In this document: positions 48,636-58,899 of the stretch, piece after piece | How positions within the stretch are numbered: position 1 is the first letter of the stretch | Layout of the letters: each line of letters starts with the position of its first letter | Virus record (IMG/VR): IMGVR_UViG_3300008110_010000 | Coordinates: 62,001 to 126,000 of that record | Reading direction: 5' to 3' (one strand) | DNA length: 64,000 bases | Notes under the pieces: model-generated | What the model was told of the DNA's origin: nothing | Seen by the model: the letters and a program-made list of their open reading frames with translations, nothing else | The model's database searches: none | Position numbers and translations under genes: made by a program

Positions 48636-50278
48636 TGGCAGGATTTTTAGAAAACAACAGAAATAATCCATTTTTTAGCAACGTTCTAAGTGCTCTTAGA
48701 AAAATAGGGTCATTTGGGATGAGCTATGGGGATATGGTTGTTAAAAACTCCCAGGCCGTTGGTACTACTGAAGCGATTTTCACGCAAAAGGGTGGAATTC
48801 TGGACGAAAATTTCCTTTATACCCTCAGAAAAGCTGACACTACTGCGAAACAGTATATTGCTTATTTCGATAAAGATTACAAGAACAAAAAGACCTATTT
48901 AAGAAATTTTGCTCTTAACCCCGAAATTGAATTTATTCTCGATACAGTTTGTGACGAAGCGATAGTTTATGATGATAAAAACTTTTTCTCCTATTTTGTT
49001 AGTACAGACATTCATGGGATTGGGGAGAAAAAAGAAGCTAAAATTCAAGAAAGGTATAAAGAGATCTATAATTTATTTGGATTTAATCAGGACATTTCAG
49101 GATGGCATTTTTTTAGAAACTTCCTCATTGATGGTATTCTGGCATTTGAAATTATTTTTGACACAAAGGGAAAAAATATTATTGGGTTTAAGGAATTAGA
49201 CCCAGCATCTCTTCTTCCGTCTGTCGAAAAACAGATGGATGGATCTTTTGTTGAGTGCTGGATACAATATCCAGATAACCCTGCTCTAACCAGAAAATTA
49301 TATGATTCTCAGATCATTTATATTTCCTATGCAAAGGGAAATACAATGACGAGGGTAAGCTATATCGAAAGATTAATTAGATCGTTTAATCTTTTGAGAA
49401 TCATGGAACACACCAGGGTGATCTGGAATGTAATGAATTCTTCCTATAGAATGACCATGACAGTTCCGATCGGAACTAAATCACCACAAAAGGCCAAGCA
49501 AAGTCTTGCAGAATTAATGAGTATCTATAAAGAAGATATCAGATTAGATTCGGATTCTGGTGAACTTTTCGTAAACGGTAGACCTAACATTCAGTTCTTC
49601 AAGAATTATTTAATGCCTTCAACCCCGAACGGAACACCAGACATTGCTCCATTAGCAGGATCCGGGGACGCAACACCTTTTAGCGATCTTAAAGCTTTAG
49701 CTTATTTTGCTGATAAATTAAAACTTGATTCTAAAATTCCATATTCGAGATTTGATCGTGAAGATAGAGGAACACAAGGAACTTTTAGTGGTAACGCAGA
49801 AGGATTGGATCAAGAAGAAATAAGATTCTTTAAATTTATAACCAGATTAAGATCTATTTTCCAGGACATTCTTGTAAAACCCCTTTGGATCCAATTTTGT
49901 TTGGATTATCCGGAGCATAAGAAGGATTTTATGGTTAAGAGCCAATTTGGTTTGGATTATGTGAAAGATAATTCTTTTGCTGAAATAAGATACATGGAGA
50001 TTCTAAATGCTAGAAAAGATCAGGTAACAAAAATTTCAGGATTGACTGATTCTGAAGGTAAACCTTATTTTTCATTAAGATATGTGCTCGACAAGTACTT
50101 AGGTATGACTGACGATGACAGGGTAGCTAACGAGAAAGCCAAGGAAAGAGATGCTGAGAAAAAGAAGAAAGCCGCTGAAGAGGAAGCTAAAAAAGCAGCA
50201 GAGACGGCTCCAGCGGCAGAAGAAGGAGCAGGAACAGAAGGAGCAGGAACAGAAGGAGGAGACGAATTTAAACTTTAA
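48635..50278 (+). CDS. Portal protein (gp20-like), copy 1
   Basis: EI...DEAIV, FR.F.IDG, LDP, SY.ER, N.L..ME, KIP.SRF, EIRF.KFI.RLR. Confidence 0.85.
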   Translation: MAGFLENNRNNPFFSNVLSALRKIGSFGMSYGDMVVKNSQAVGTTEAIFTQKGGILDENFLYTLRKADTTAKQYIAYFDKDYKNKKTYLRNFALNPEIEFILDTVCDEAIVYDDKNFFSYFVSTDIHGIGEKKEAKIQERYKEIYNLFGFNQDISGWHFFRNFLIDGILAFEIIFDTKGKNIIGFKELDPASLLPSVEKQMDGSFVECWIQYPDNPALTRKLYDSQIIYISYAKGNTMTRVSYIERLIRSFNLLRIMEHTRVIWNVMNSSYRMTMTVPIGTKSPQKAKQSLAELMSIYKEDIRLDSDSGELFVNGRPNIQFFKNYLMPSTPNGTPDIAPLAGSGDATPFSDLKALAYFADKLKLDSKIPYSRFDREDRGTQGTFSGNAEGLDQEEIRFFKFITRLRSIFQDILVKPLWIQFCLDYPEHKKDFMVKSQFGLDYVKDNSFAEIRYMEILNARKDQVTKISGLTDSEGKPYFSLRYVLDKYLGMTDDDRVANEKAKERDAEKKKKAAEEEAKKAAETAPAAEEGAGTEGAGTEGGDEFKL

Positions 50279-50281
50279 TAA

Positions 50282-51994
50282 ATGGCAGGATTTATAGATG
50301 ATTTTTCACAAAGGAATCCTAATATAGGAAAGATCCTTAAGAGTGTGAGCAAGATAGGAAGCTTCGGAATGGAGTATAAGGATCTTGTTGTGAAAAATTC
50401 ACAGGCCATTGGTGTTTCCGAAGCAATGATGAGGGAAAGAATGGGTCTTACCGATTCAGATGAAGATTTCATTTTTAGTTTGGCTTCTCAAGACACTAGT
50501 AACAGAAAGTATATTGCTTACTTTGATAAAGACTATCCTTTTAAGAGAGAGTTTTTACGCAGGTTTGCTTTAAATGCAGAAATAGAATGGATCCTTGATA
50601 TTCTTGCTGATGAAGCTATAGTTTACGATGATAGAAATTTTTGTTGTAGTCTATCTCTTGTTAATATGGATCTCAAAGAAGATGTTGTTGATTCATTAAG
50701 AGATAACTTTAGAAAAATGTATATCTCCCATGGATTTAATAATGGGATATCCGCTTGGCAATATTTTAGACAGTTTTTAATTGACGGATTTTTATCTTTC
50801 GAAATTGTTTATTCTGATGATGGAAGGCAAATTGTAGGATTTAAAGAATTGGATCCAACATCATTGACCCCGACAACAGAAAGAAACCAGTCGGGGGAGA
50901 CGATTCCTATCTGGATTCAATATTATGGAGATAGTACTAGAGAAAGAAGGCTTTACGATTCTCAAGTCATTTATATTTCATTTGCCAAAGGAAATAGCGC
51001 TAGTAGAACTAGTTACTGTGAAAGATTGATACGTTCACATAATCTTTTAAAGATTATGGAGCATACCAGAATTATCTGGAATGTGATGAATGCCTCTTTC
51101 AGAATTAAGATGACAATTCCAGTTGGATCTAGATCTCCACAAAAAGCAAAAGAGACTTTAGGTGAATTGATGACCATGTATAAAGAGGATATCAAATTAA
51201 ACACAGAATCAGGCGAACTGAGTGTTAACGGAAGACCCAATTTACAGTTTTATAAAAACTATCTTTTCCCAGTTCAAGGTGGGGAATCTCCTAAGATTGA
51301 GACCATCAATTCTGCTGGACCAAATCTTAATATCATAGATGCTGTTGTATACTTTTTCAATAAGCTTAAGGCAGACTCTAAAATACCTTTTAACAGATTT
51401 GCTGCTAGATCAGGCGGAACAGTTGGAACTTACAAGATAGGTGCTGAATCTGCTGAAAGAGATGAAATCAGATACAATAAGTTCATTAATAGAATCAGAT
51501 CGATCTATCAAGAGATCATGCTTAAACCTCTTTGGATCCAAATGACGTTAGATCATCCAGAATTGAAAAATGACGCAGTTTTCAGATCTCAGCTAGGTAT
51601 CAAATGGAACTCTGATAATCAATTTGGAGAATCCAAAGAGATTGAACAGCTGATTAAAAAAATAGATTTTATAGCAGGACTTTCAGAAATTAAGGAAAAG
51701 AAAGGCGAGGAAGAAAATCCTTATTTTAGTCAAGACTTCTTAATAGATAAATTCCTCGGATTAACCAACGAGGATCGTAGGGTAAATGAAATCTATAAGA
51801 AGAAAGACGAAGAAGAAAATGCTGAAATTAAGGTTGAAGGGGACGGCGGAGCAGGAGGGGGAGCCTCTATAGAACCTCCTGCAGCAGATACCACAGAATC
51901 AACTCCGGCGGATGAACCAGAAGCACCCGCAGCAGAGGAGCCGGCAGCTACCCCTGAACCCCCAGCAGAGCCAGCAGCAGCTGAAGCTCCATAA
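50282..51994 (+). CDS. Portal protein (gp20-like), copy 2
   Basis: Full-length paralogue with the same motifs. Confidence 0.85.
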   Translation: MAGFIDDFSQRNPNIGKILKSVSKIGSFGMEYKDLVVKNSQAIGVSEAMMRERMGLTDSDEDFIFSLASQDTSNRKYIAYFDKDYPFKREFLRRFALNAEIEWILDILADEAIVYDDRNFCCSLSLVNMDLKEDVVDSLRDNFRKMYISHGFNNGISAWQYFRQFLIDGFLSFEIVYSDDGRQIVGFKELDPTSLTPTTERNQSGETIPIWIQYYGDSTRERRLYDSQVIYISFAKGNSASRTSYCERLIRSHNLLKIMEHTRIIWNVMNASFRIKMTIPVGSRSPQKAKETLGELMTMYKEDIKLNTESGELSVNGRPNLQFYKNYLFPVQGGESPKIETINSAGPNLNIIDAVVYFFNKLKADSKIPFNRFAARSGGTVGTYKIGAESAERDEIRYNKFINRIRSIYQEIMLKPLWIQMTLDHPELKNDAVFRSQLGIKWNSDNQFGESKEIEQLIKKIDFIAGLSEIKEKKGEEENPYFSQDFLIDKFLGLTNEDRRVNEIYKKKDEEENAEIKVEGDGGAGGGASIEPPAADTTESTPADEPEAPAAEEPAATPEPPAEPAAAEAP

Positions 51995-52006
51995 TACCTC
52001 TTGAAA

Positions 52007-52040
52007 CATTTTTATTAATCGGGGATTTCATGTAAATTTG
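52007..52040 (+). promoter_or_regulatory. Class I putative early promoter
   Basis: CATTTTTAT..TCGGGG...TAAATTTG with 26-nt spacing. Confidence 0.55.
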
Positions 52041-52060
52041 GTGTTATAAAAAAACATCAA

Positions 52061-53380
52061 ATGAAGAAAGAACTGGAACTCCTTTTAGAAATTGAAAACT
52101 GCACTGGGGAGGGATCTCAGAAGAAAAAGCAGGAATTAATTTCAAAAAATCTTACACCCGAATTAGAGTATATCCTCTCTATTTGTTTTGATCCTTTTGT
52201 CACTACAAAACTTCACAAGTTAAATTACGAGGATAAGGATTGCAAGGAAAACCCTCAATTATTTCAGGAATTCGTGGATCTTTGTGAGACACTTAAAAAA
52301 GCACCTGCTATAAACGATCATTTAAGGGGCGTAGCTGAACGCTTGGTAGAATCTACTGGTTATCATATAGAACTGAAAAAGGTCTTTGCTAAGGTGCTTA
52401 CGAAGCGTATGAACATAGGTATAGGAGCCAAGATGATCAATAAAGCGGTCGGAAAGGAATTAATTCCAGACCCTAGTCTTATGCTTGCGGAGGATGATCA
52501 TAAAGTCCTCGATAAATGGGGGTCTATAGTTTGTGAGGAAAAGTATGACGGAGTTAGAGTTATCTGTGTGGTAGAAAATAAAAATCCAAAATTTTATACC
52601 AGAGCGTTTAACGAATTAGATTCTAGATTTCTTTCCCGTATAGCAAATCAAATACTAGAACTTTCCCATGGTATAGACGGAATTTTCTTCGACGGGGAAT
52701 TAACTGATTTAGATAGAAAAAGTGTTAGTGGTAAGGTTACCCAGATGATGAAGGGTTCACCAAAGGAGAGCATTGGTGACGATCTACTATTTAATATCTT
52801 TGATGTTGAGCCCACAAAAACTATTAAAGATGGTAAGGGTATCACTGTTTACACTCAAAGAAGGGAACTTCTAGAACAATTTTTTAAGAACAAATCTTTC
52901 GAAAATATTAAGATCGCTCAGAAGTGGGAGGCAAAAACCAAAGACGAATTAATGCCTATCTACGAGCAAATCGTTGCTAATGGGGGAGAGGGTGTGATTA
53001 TGAAAGATCCTACACACTTTTACGAATGCAAAAGATCTAAAAGCTGGATCAAATTCAAGGAGGTTCAAGACTGCGATTTGGTAGTTACTGGTTGGTATCC
53101 AGGAGAAGGAAAAAGAGAAGGATTTATCGGGGGTTTTATGTGTAAGGATTTATCAGGAGAATATGAAGTTAAGGTTGGATCTGGATTCACGGAACAAGAT
53201 TTGATTGAACTTTCTCGCAACCCTGATGATATAATTGGTAAGGTCGTTGCCATTCAGTATAACGTTCCTATCGAGGATAAGAACGGCAATAAATCTCTTT
53301 TTCTACCCAGATTCATCGAGGTAAGAAACGATAAGAGTGAACCTGAATCATTAGTAGAAAAATTTAGCAAGAAGAAATGA
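52061..53380 (+). CDS. ATP-dependent DNA ligase
   Basis: EKYDGVR, FDGE, EGVIMK, WIKFK, VGSG, FLPRF. Confidence 0.93.
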   Translation: MKKELELLLEIENCTGEGSQKKKQELISKNLTPELEYILSICFDPFVTTKLHKLNYEDKDCKENPQLFQEFVDLCETLKKAPAINDHLRGVAERLVESTGYHIELKKVFAKVLTKRMNIGIGAKMINKAVGKELIPDPSLMLAEDDHKVLDKWGSIVCEEKYDGVRVICVVENKNPKFYTRAFNELDSRFLSRIANQILELSHGIDGIFFDGELTDLDRKSVSGKVTQMMKGSPKESIGDDLLFNIFDVEPTKTIKDGKGITVYTQRRELLEQFFKNKSFENIKIAQKWEAKTKDELMPIYEQIVANGGEGVIMKDPTHFYECKRSKSWIKFKEVQDCDLVVTGWYPGEGKREGFIGGFMCKDLSGEYEVKVGSGFTEQDLIELSRNPDDIIGKVVAIQYNVPIEDKNGNKSLFLPRFIEVRNDKSEPESLVEKFSKKK

Positions 53381-54321
53381 TAAACATGCTTTTAACAGAA
53401 AAGCTTAGGCCTAAAGAGCTTAAGCACATGATTTTACCAGAGAGGATCAAGGATGCTTTCAAGAACGGTTTACAACAAAACGTATTACTGACTGGATCTC
53501 CAGGATCTGGTAAAACTTCTCTTGCAAAGATTTTGTCTGAAAATTCACCAAGGCTTTTTATCAATGTTTCCGATGAAAGTTCTGTTGATACCGTACGAGA
53601 AAAAATTACAGGATTTTGTTCGACTGTGTCAATCATGAACGACGAAAATCCAACAAAGATCGTGGTTCTTGACGAGTTTGACGGGGCTTCTGATCAATTC
53701 TACAAAGCACTTAGAGGTGTTATCGAAAAATTTGCCAAGAATACTAGATTCGTAGCAACCTGCAATTGGATCAATAAGGTACCAGATCCGATGAAGAGTA
53801 GATTTGAGGTTTTTGTCTTTGATCCTGTTAACAAGGAAGAAGAGCAGGATCTCAAGGATCAGTGGGAAAAAAGAATAGTACTCATTCTAGGAAAGTTAGG
53901 AATTTCTATCGAGGATAAAGCATTACAATCTTTCGTCAAGAAGTATTATCCTGATATGAGATCAGCTCTGAATTGCATTCAAAGGTGGCAAATTCAAGGC
54001 ACAGAAAAAATAACAGATCAGAAGGTATCTGAAACAGCTTGGGACTATGAAGAACTTTATGAAATGCTTTTTCAAAAATTAGACCCTCTTAAAAGTTATC
54101 AAACAATAGTCGGACAATATTCTAATTCTGTTGGTGAGGTAATGGAATCACTTGGACGAGATTTTATAGAATGGATCAGGGAAAGAAAACCCGAAAAAAT
54201 CTCTATAATTCCTGCTGTTATTATTTTAGTTGCACAACACCAATCCCAAAGACATCAGGTCATCGATCCCGTAGTGAGTCTATTATCACTTTTTTATTCG
54301 ATTCAAAAATTAACTCAATAA
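53377..54321 (+). CDS. Clamp loader large subunit (T4 gp44/RFC-like)
   Basis: EKLRP, GSPGSGKT, LDEFD, SRF, PDMR. Confidence 0.9.
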   Translation: MINMLLTEKLRPKELKHMILPERIKDAFKNGLQQNVLLTGSPGSGKTSLAKILSENSPRLFINVSDESSVDTVREKITGFCSTVSIMNDENPTKIVVLDEFDGASDQFYKALRGVIEKFAKNTRFVATCNWINKVPDPMKSRFEVFVFDPVNKEEEQDLKDQWEKRIVLILGKLGISIEDKALQSFVKKYYPDMRSALNCIQRWQIQGTEKITDQKVSETAWDYEELYEMLFQKLDPLKSYQTIVGQYSNSVGEVMESLGRDFIEWIRERKPEKISIIPAVIILVAQHQSQRHQVIDPVVSLLSLFYSIQKLTQ

Positions 54322-54800
54322 TGGCTTTTAAGGATAGTAAAATAATTTTAGTTGGTAGAGGAGGATCCGGGAAGGATTTCATGAGAAAAAAGCTCGAACA
54401 AAGAGGATTTAAATACTGTGTTTCCTATACTAGTCGCCCAAAAAGGGAAACTGAAAAGGAGGGGAGGGATTACTACTTTAGAGACGATACCTTCTTCAAT
54501 AATAACGTTCACAAGTTTTATGAAATAGATGATTTCAATGGATGGAAGTATGGAAGAACTATAGAGGACTTTGAAAAATCCAGTCTTTTGATTATGACAC
54601 CAAGAGGTGTTGCAAGCATAAAACCAGAGCACAGAAAAAAGTGTTTTATTATTTTCATAGATCCTGACAGAGAAATCCTAAGAAAAAGATTAGCAGAAAG
54701 AAATGATGCAGATAGTGCAGAACGTAGATTAGAGGCTGATGACAGGGATTTTATGGATTTTAAAGACTATGATATTAGAATTAAAAACGAAGACTTTTAA
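54321..54800 (+). CDS. Guanylate kinase-like NMP kinase (start revised to MAFKD)
   Basis: GRGGSGKD, SYTSRPKR.E..G.DYYF, YG. Confidence 0.85.
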   Translation: MAFKDSKIILVGRGGSGKDFMRKKLEQRGFKYCVSYTSRPKRETEKEGRDYYFRDDTFFNNNVHKFYEIDDFNGWKYGRTIEDFEKSSLLIMTPRGVASIKPEHRKKCFIIFIDPDREILRKRLAERNDADSAERRLEADDRDFMDFKDYDIRIKNEDF

Positions 54801-54802
54801 TT

Positions 54803-55936
54803 ATGATAAGTGTTATAATAGACGGTAATTACCTATTCCACAAGACGTTTGCTATATTTTCCGATTTTGGATCCAAGCAACCTGGAGAGGTACTTTCTAG
54901 CCCTGCTGAACAGGGAATGTTTATGAGAAAGATCATTACAGATCTTTGCTATTCTTTAAACCAGCTTCCGATTACGGGACATGTTATTTTTTGTAAGGAC
55001 TCTAGATCCTGGAGAAAAGACCTCAAAATAGAAAGGGTTGATTACAAAGGTTCTAGAATTAAGGACGAGAAGGTAGATTGGGGTTCTTTCTTCGATCTTA
55101 TGGACGAATTTGGGAAATTTCTAGAAATGAATGGATACGTTTACTCCAAATCCCCAGGAGCAGAGGGTGACGATCTTCTCTGGTTTTGGAACGAAAAACT
55201 CAAAGAAATAGGTCACAATGTTGTGGTTTTTTCTGGTGATAAAGACAGTCACCAGTTAGTAGAATCAACAGATAATAGATGGACGATATGCTGGAATGCA
55301 AATTCTAAGAACAATAAGATATTTTGTGGCAATGGATGGAAAAATAATTTCATTGATAAGGAAGAGGAAGCTTCTATTTTCAATCTGGATTTTGTAAAAG
55401 ACACAGAAAAAGAGAAAATGATTAAAATTTGCTCTTCCGCAACTTTAGAAGAAATTGACACAAAAAAATTAACATTTGAAAAAATCCTTACAGGAGATGC
55501 TAAGGATGATGTACCAAGTGTATTTTCTTATGAAAAAACCCCAGGTAAGATTTTTAAGCTAACTAAGACTAAGGCGGAATCAATCTATGAGCATTATAAG
55601 AAATCCGGATGGGGAAATTCAAATCTGGAAGATGTGTGGAAGGATGAAGAATTTTTGGATTGGATATCCGGATATGTTTTAAGGAGCATGGCATATACTG
55701 ATACTGCATCTAACAGAAAAGAGGTAGCAAAAAACTACTCTGAGAATGCACAATTGGTTTGGTTATCAGATCAGGTTATACCAGAAAAGGTTTTGGCTGA
55801 TATGGAATTTTCTTTTGTTTCCAATAAGCCAGAAATTAAGTCAGTGTTGACTGATAAGAAAAATATGATCGGGAGATCCAGATGGGATTCTTATGAAGCA
55901 CCTTCTGCTTTTAACCCATTTAAGAGCTTTAGATAA
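54803..55936 (+). CDS. 5'-3' exonuclease/RNase H (T4 rnh, FEN-like)
   Basis: IDGN, SWRK, YKG.R, EGDD, SGDKD, GD.KD.VP. Confidence 0.88.
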   Translation: MISVIIDGNYLFHKTFAIFSDFGSKQPGEVLSSPAEQGMFMRKIITDLCYSLNQLPITGHVIFCKDSRSWRKDLKIERVDYKGSRIKDEKVDWGSFFDLMDEFGKFLEMNGYVYSKSPGAEGDDLLWFWNEKLKEIGHNVVVFSGDKDSHQLVESTDNRWTICWNANSKNNKIFCGNGWKNNFIDKEEEASIFNLDFVKDTEKEKMIKICSSATLEEIDTKKLTFEKILTGDAKDDVPSVFSYEKTPGKIFKLTKTKAESIYEHYKKSGWGNSNLEDVWKDEEFLDWISGYVLRSMAYTDTASNRKEVAKNYSENAQLVWLSDQVIPEKVLADMEFSFVSNKPEIKSVLTDKKNMIGRSRWDSYEAPSAFNPFKSFR

Positions 55937-56334
55937 TGGAACTTTTTGACATTTTAAAATCATTTTTCTCGGAAAAGGACTGGGAGGAAGTCTCTAAACA
56001 TGATAAGTCTAGAAATTTTTTCATGATAAATCGGATCATGTCAATATCCTTTCCCCTACAGGCAAATGCTTTTAACAATACCAAAGTAGATCCAGTTCCT
56101 GTTATAGATTTTTGGAAAGCAACTTTGAATCAAAAATATAAAGCTACGCCAGGATGGTTCTTCACATCAACCAAGAAAAAAGATAAAAAGGAGATATTTA
56201 ACCCCTCAGATGAGGTCTCTTCCTTTATAAAGCACAAATACGAAATATCGGATAGAGAAATCAAAGAGCTTAGTCAATACTATCCGCAGGAATTTAAATC
56301 CTTCTGCAAGTCAATAGAAGAACTGCTTTCTTAA
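55936..56334 (+). CDS. Possible clamp loader small subunit (gp62-like)
   Basis: MINR..S, AN..N, Y.IS.RE pattern. Confidence 0.5.
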   Translation: MELFDILKSFFSEKDWEEVSKHDKSRNFFMINRIMSISFPLQANAFNNTKVDPVPVIDFWKATLNQKYKATPGWFFTSTKKKDKKEIFNPSDEVSSFIKHKYEISDREIKELSQYYPQEFKSFCKSIEELLS

Positions 56335-56342
56335 ATATGCTT

Positions 56343-56391
56343 ATTCTTTCTGTGGATATATAAGAAAAGTATCCACCAAGAATGAAAGAAT
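56343..56391 (+). promoter_or_regulatory. Late promoter GATATATA inside a hairpin that sequesters the start codon
   Basis: GTGGATA/TATCCAC plus ATTCTT/AAGAAT pairing over ATG 56382. Confidence 0.55.
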
Positions 56392-58898
56392 TAAGGCAAT
56401 ATACCAGTGCTATTCAGTCAGTTTCATCCTCTCAGCAAAAGGATTTAACCACAGATCAAAATTTCCAGCAACTGTCTGGTGCAATAAACGATCTGCAAGA
56501 AGCATTCGGGATAAAAATAGCTGACCCCTATCCAGAGTTCAATAACTCTACGCAGGGACAATTTTTTCTTAAACTTGTAAAATCTGACCTCATCCAACTT
56601 CCAGCTACCGGTCCAGTTAAAATAGGATTGGATGGAAATAACGGCGGAATTACAGGAGCTTCTATAGCAGTTACAAATAACGTTTTTGTTGGCGGAGATA
56701 TAGAACTTTACAACAAGAATGGTACAGGTGGAGCAGTTAGATTTAGGGTTGACAGAAATAGTGCAATCACAAAACCTCCTGTCCCAGGAGAGGTTAGATT
56801 CGTCGGAAATAATTTCCAAGGATATATTTTCCAGGGGGAGGTTGCTTCTTCGTTTACATTTGAAATACTTTCAGGATCAACGGGTGGAACCATAACAGTA
56901 GCTTTAGATGCAGTAAATATAGCAACTGCTACATGGCAAGGTACACCATATCAAACTGCACAAAAGATAGTTTCTGAAATACTTTCCCTCCAGGGAACAC
57001 TTAGTGATCCAAACGTAAAAGCATCTTCACATATAGGGAACGTGACTATAGAATCTGTTCCGGGTTATGCTAGTTCTTTTAATGGATCAGATATCACAAT
57101 AACAGTTTCTAATATTGTAACAGACGTAACATCTGGTGAAATGTTAGGTGGTATAGATGGATCTACTGAGTGGGTAAATTTTTCAGGATATGTTGGATCA
57201 ACAGGTCCAACTGGTCCTACAGGAGCAACAGGATCTGTTGGTGCTACTGGACCAGCAGGAGGATCTTCAGGAACAGCGGGATCTTCCGGAAGTTCGGGGA
57301 GTTCTGGATCTATGGGAACATCAGGATCTTCAGGGACATCTGGACAAAATGGGTCATCTGGAACATCCGGACAATCTGGATCCTCTGGCACTTCAGGCGG
57401 CGATGGCCCTTCTGGACCTCCTGGTGCTAATGGAACATCTGGGGTTAACGGATCATCAGGAACCTCCGGATCTTCGGGAAGATCTGGAATGGATGGTTCA
57501 CATGGAACTTCCGGGTCTACTGGTACATCTGGATCTACCGGAACTTCAGGGGTAAACGGATCCTCAGGATCGACGGGAACCTCTGGATCATCAGGAACCT
57601 CCGGATCATCAGGAGCTTCTGGAACATCAGGGTCGACGGGAACTTCTGGATCTTCTGGATCTATGGGAACTTCAGGAACTGCGGGACTTAATGGGGACAG
57701 ATATGCAACAGGAGCATCTAGTTATGATGTAACGCACAATACCGCTTCTGCCATAACTCTTAGCCAATCTTTAGTAGGAACTTCAGTATATTTTAATACG
57801 GAAGAATTTGATCTTTCATATACAGTAGCACAAAATGTTGTCGTTGCGGTAGATGAGGATAATTGGATAGCAGGTATTATCCAATCTTTCGATGGACCAA
57901 ATGGATATGCTGACATTTTAGTAAATGATGTTGAGGGAACCTCAACATACGGTACTTCACAGGAATGGTTCATGAACTTGGATGGGTCAGTAGGACCCGC
58001 GGGATCTGCAGGTAGTTCAGGATCATCAGGAACTTCGGGTTCTTCAGGAAGATCTGGATCTTCTGGATCTACTGGTACATCAGGTTCTTCAGGAACATCT
58101 GGATCATCAGGAACCTCTGGATCATCAGGAACCTCTGGATCTACTGGTACATCAGGTTCTTCAGGAACATCTGGATCATCAGGAACCTCCGGATCTACTG
58201 GTACATCAGGTTCTTCGGGAACATCTGGATCATCGGGGGAAAATGGATCATCAGGAACCTCTGGATCATCAGGAACCTCCGGATCCTCTGGGGCAAACGG
58301 AGCACCAGGTTCTTCTGGGACATCTGGATCCTCTGGGGCAAACGGAGCACCAGGTTCTTCTGGGACATCTGGATCCTCTGGGGCAAACGGAGCACCAGGT
58401 TCTTCTGGGACATCTGGAGTAGGTGGAGCTTCTGGGACAGCAACAGAGGTTGCATTCTTTACAGCTGGAACCACATTAGGGTCCGATTCTGGTCTATACT
58501 GGGATAACACAAATAAAAGATTAAGTATAGGTGCAGGAACCAATCCAACACATCCTTTAGAGGTAGACGGAAACGTTTCTAATATTTCAATCTATGCTAG
58601 CCATGATGTTGCAGCTTTCTCAGATATTTCGGTTAAAGAGGATGTTCAGGTTATCGGAAATGCAATAGAAAAAATAAAGCAAATCAGAGGAGTAACTTTC
58701 ATAAGAAAAGATTCTGAAGATAAAAGTAGAAGAGCGGGTGTTATCGCTCAAGAGGTAGAAAAGGTTATGCCAGAGGTTGTTTCAACTAAAGAAGACGGAA
58801 CACTAATGGTAGCATATGGTAACCTTGTTTCGTTGCTTATTGAGGCAATAAAAGAGCAGCAAGAAGAGATTGAAATCCTTAAGGCAAAATTAAAATAA
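56382..58898 (+). CDS. Tail fibre with Gly-Ser-Thr collagen-like repeats and C-terminal S74 intramolecular chaperone
   Basis: SD...KE, GV.F, GVIAQEVE.V.PE.V, V.YG...LLIEAIKE. Confidence 0.85.
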   Translation: MKELRQYTSAIQSVSSSQQKDLTTDQNFQQLSGAINDLQEAFGIKIADPYPEFNNSTQGQFFLKLVKSDLIQLPATGPVKIGLDGNNGGITGASIAVTNNVFVGGDIELYNKNGTGGAVRFRVDRNSAITKPPVPGEVRFVGNNFQGYIFQGEVASSFTFEILSGSTGGTITVALDAVNIATATWQGTPYQTAQKIVSEILSLQGTLSDPNVKASSHIGNVTIESVPGYASSFNGSDITITVSNIVTDVTSGEMLGGIDGSTEWVNFSGYVGSTGPTGPTGATGSVGATGPAGGSSGTAGSSGSSGSSGSMGTSGSSGTSGQNGSSGTSGQSGSSGTSGGDGPSGPPGANGTSGVNGSSGTSGSSGRSGMDGSHGTSGSTGTSGSTGTSGVNGSSGSTGTSGSSGTSGSSGASGTSGSTGTSGSSGSMGTSGTAGLNGDRYATGASSYDVTHNTASAITLSQSLVGTSVYFNTEEFDLSYTVAQNVVVAVDEDNWIAGIIQSFDGPNGYADILVNDVEGTSTYGTSQEWFMNLDGSVGPAGSAGSSGSSGTSGSSGRSGSSGSTGTSGSSGTSGSSGTSGSSGTSGSTGTSGSSGTSGSSGTSGSTGTSGSSGTSGSSGENGSSGTSGSSGTSGSSGANGAPGSSGTSGSSGANGAPGSSGTSGSSGANGAPGSSGTSGVGGASGTATEVAFFTAGTTLGSDSGLYWDNTNKRLSIGAGTNPTHPLEVDGNVSNISIYASHDVAAFSDISVKEDVQVIGNAIEKIKQIRGVTFIRKDSEDKSRRAGVIAQEVEKVMPEVVSTKEDGTLMVAYGNLVSLLIEAIKEQQEEIEILKAKLK
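58281..58415. repeat. Perfect 45-bp tandem repeat x3 (GSSGANGAPGSSGTS)
   Basis: GGATCCTCTGGGGCAAACGGAGCACCAGGTTCTTCTGGGACATCT x3. Confidence 0.92.
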
Positions 58899-58899
58899 G

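Noticed and set aside
41641-58543. Long antisense PDVPE-rich ORFs and other alternative-frame ORFs over fibre genes
   Set aside because: Produced by stop-free Gly-Ser-Thr codon repeats
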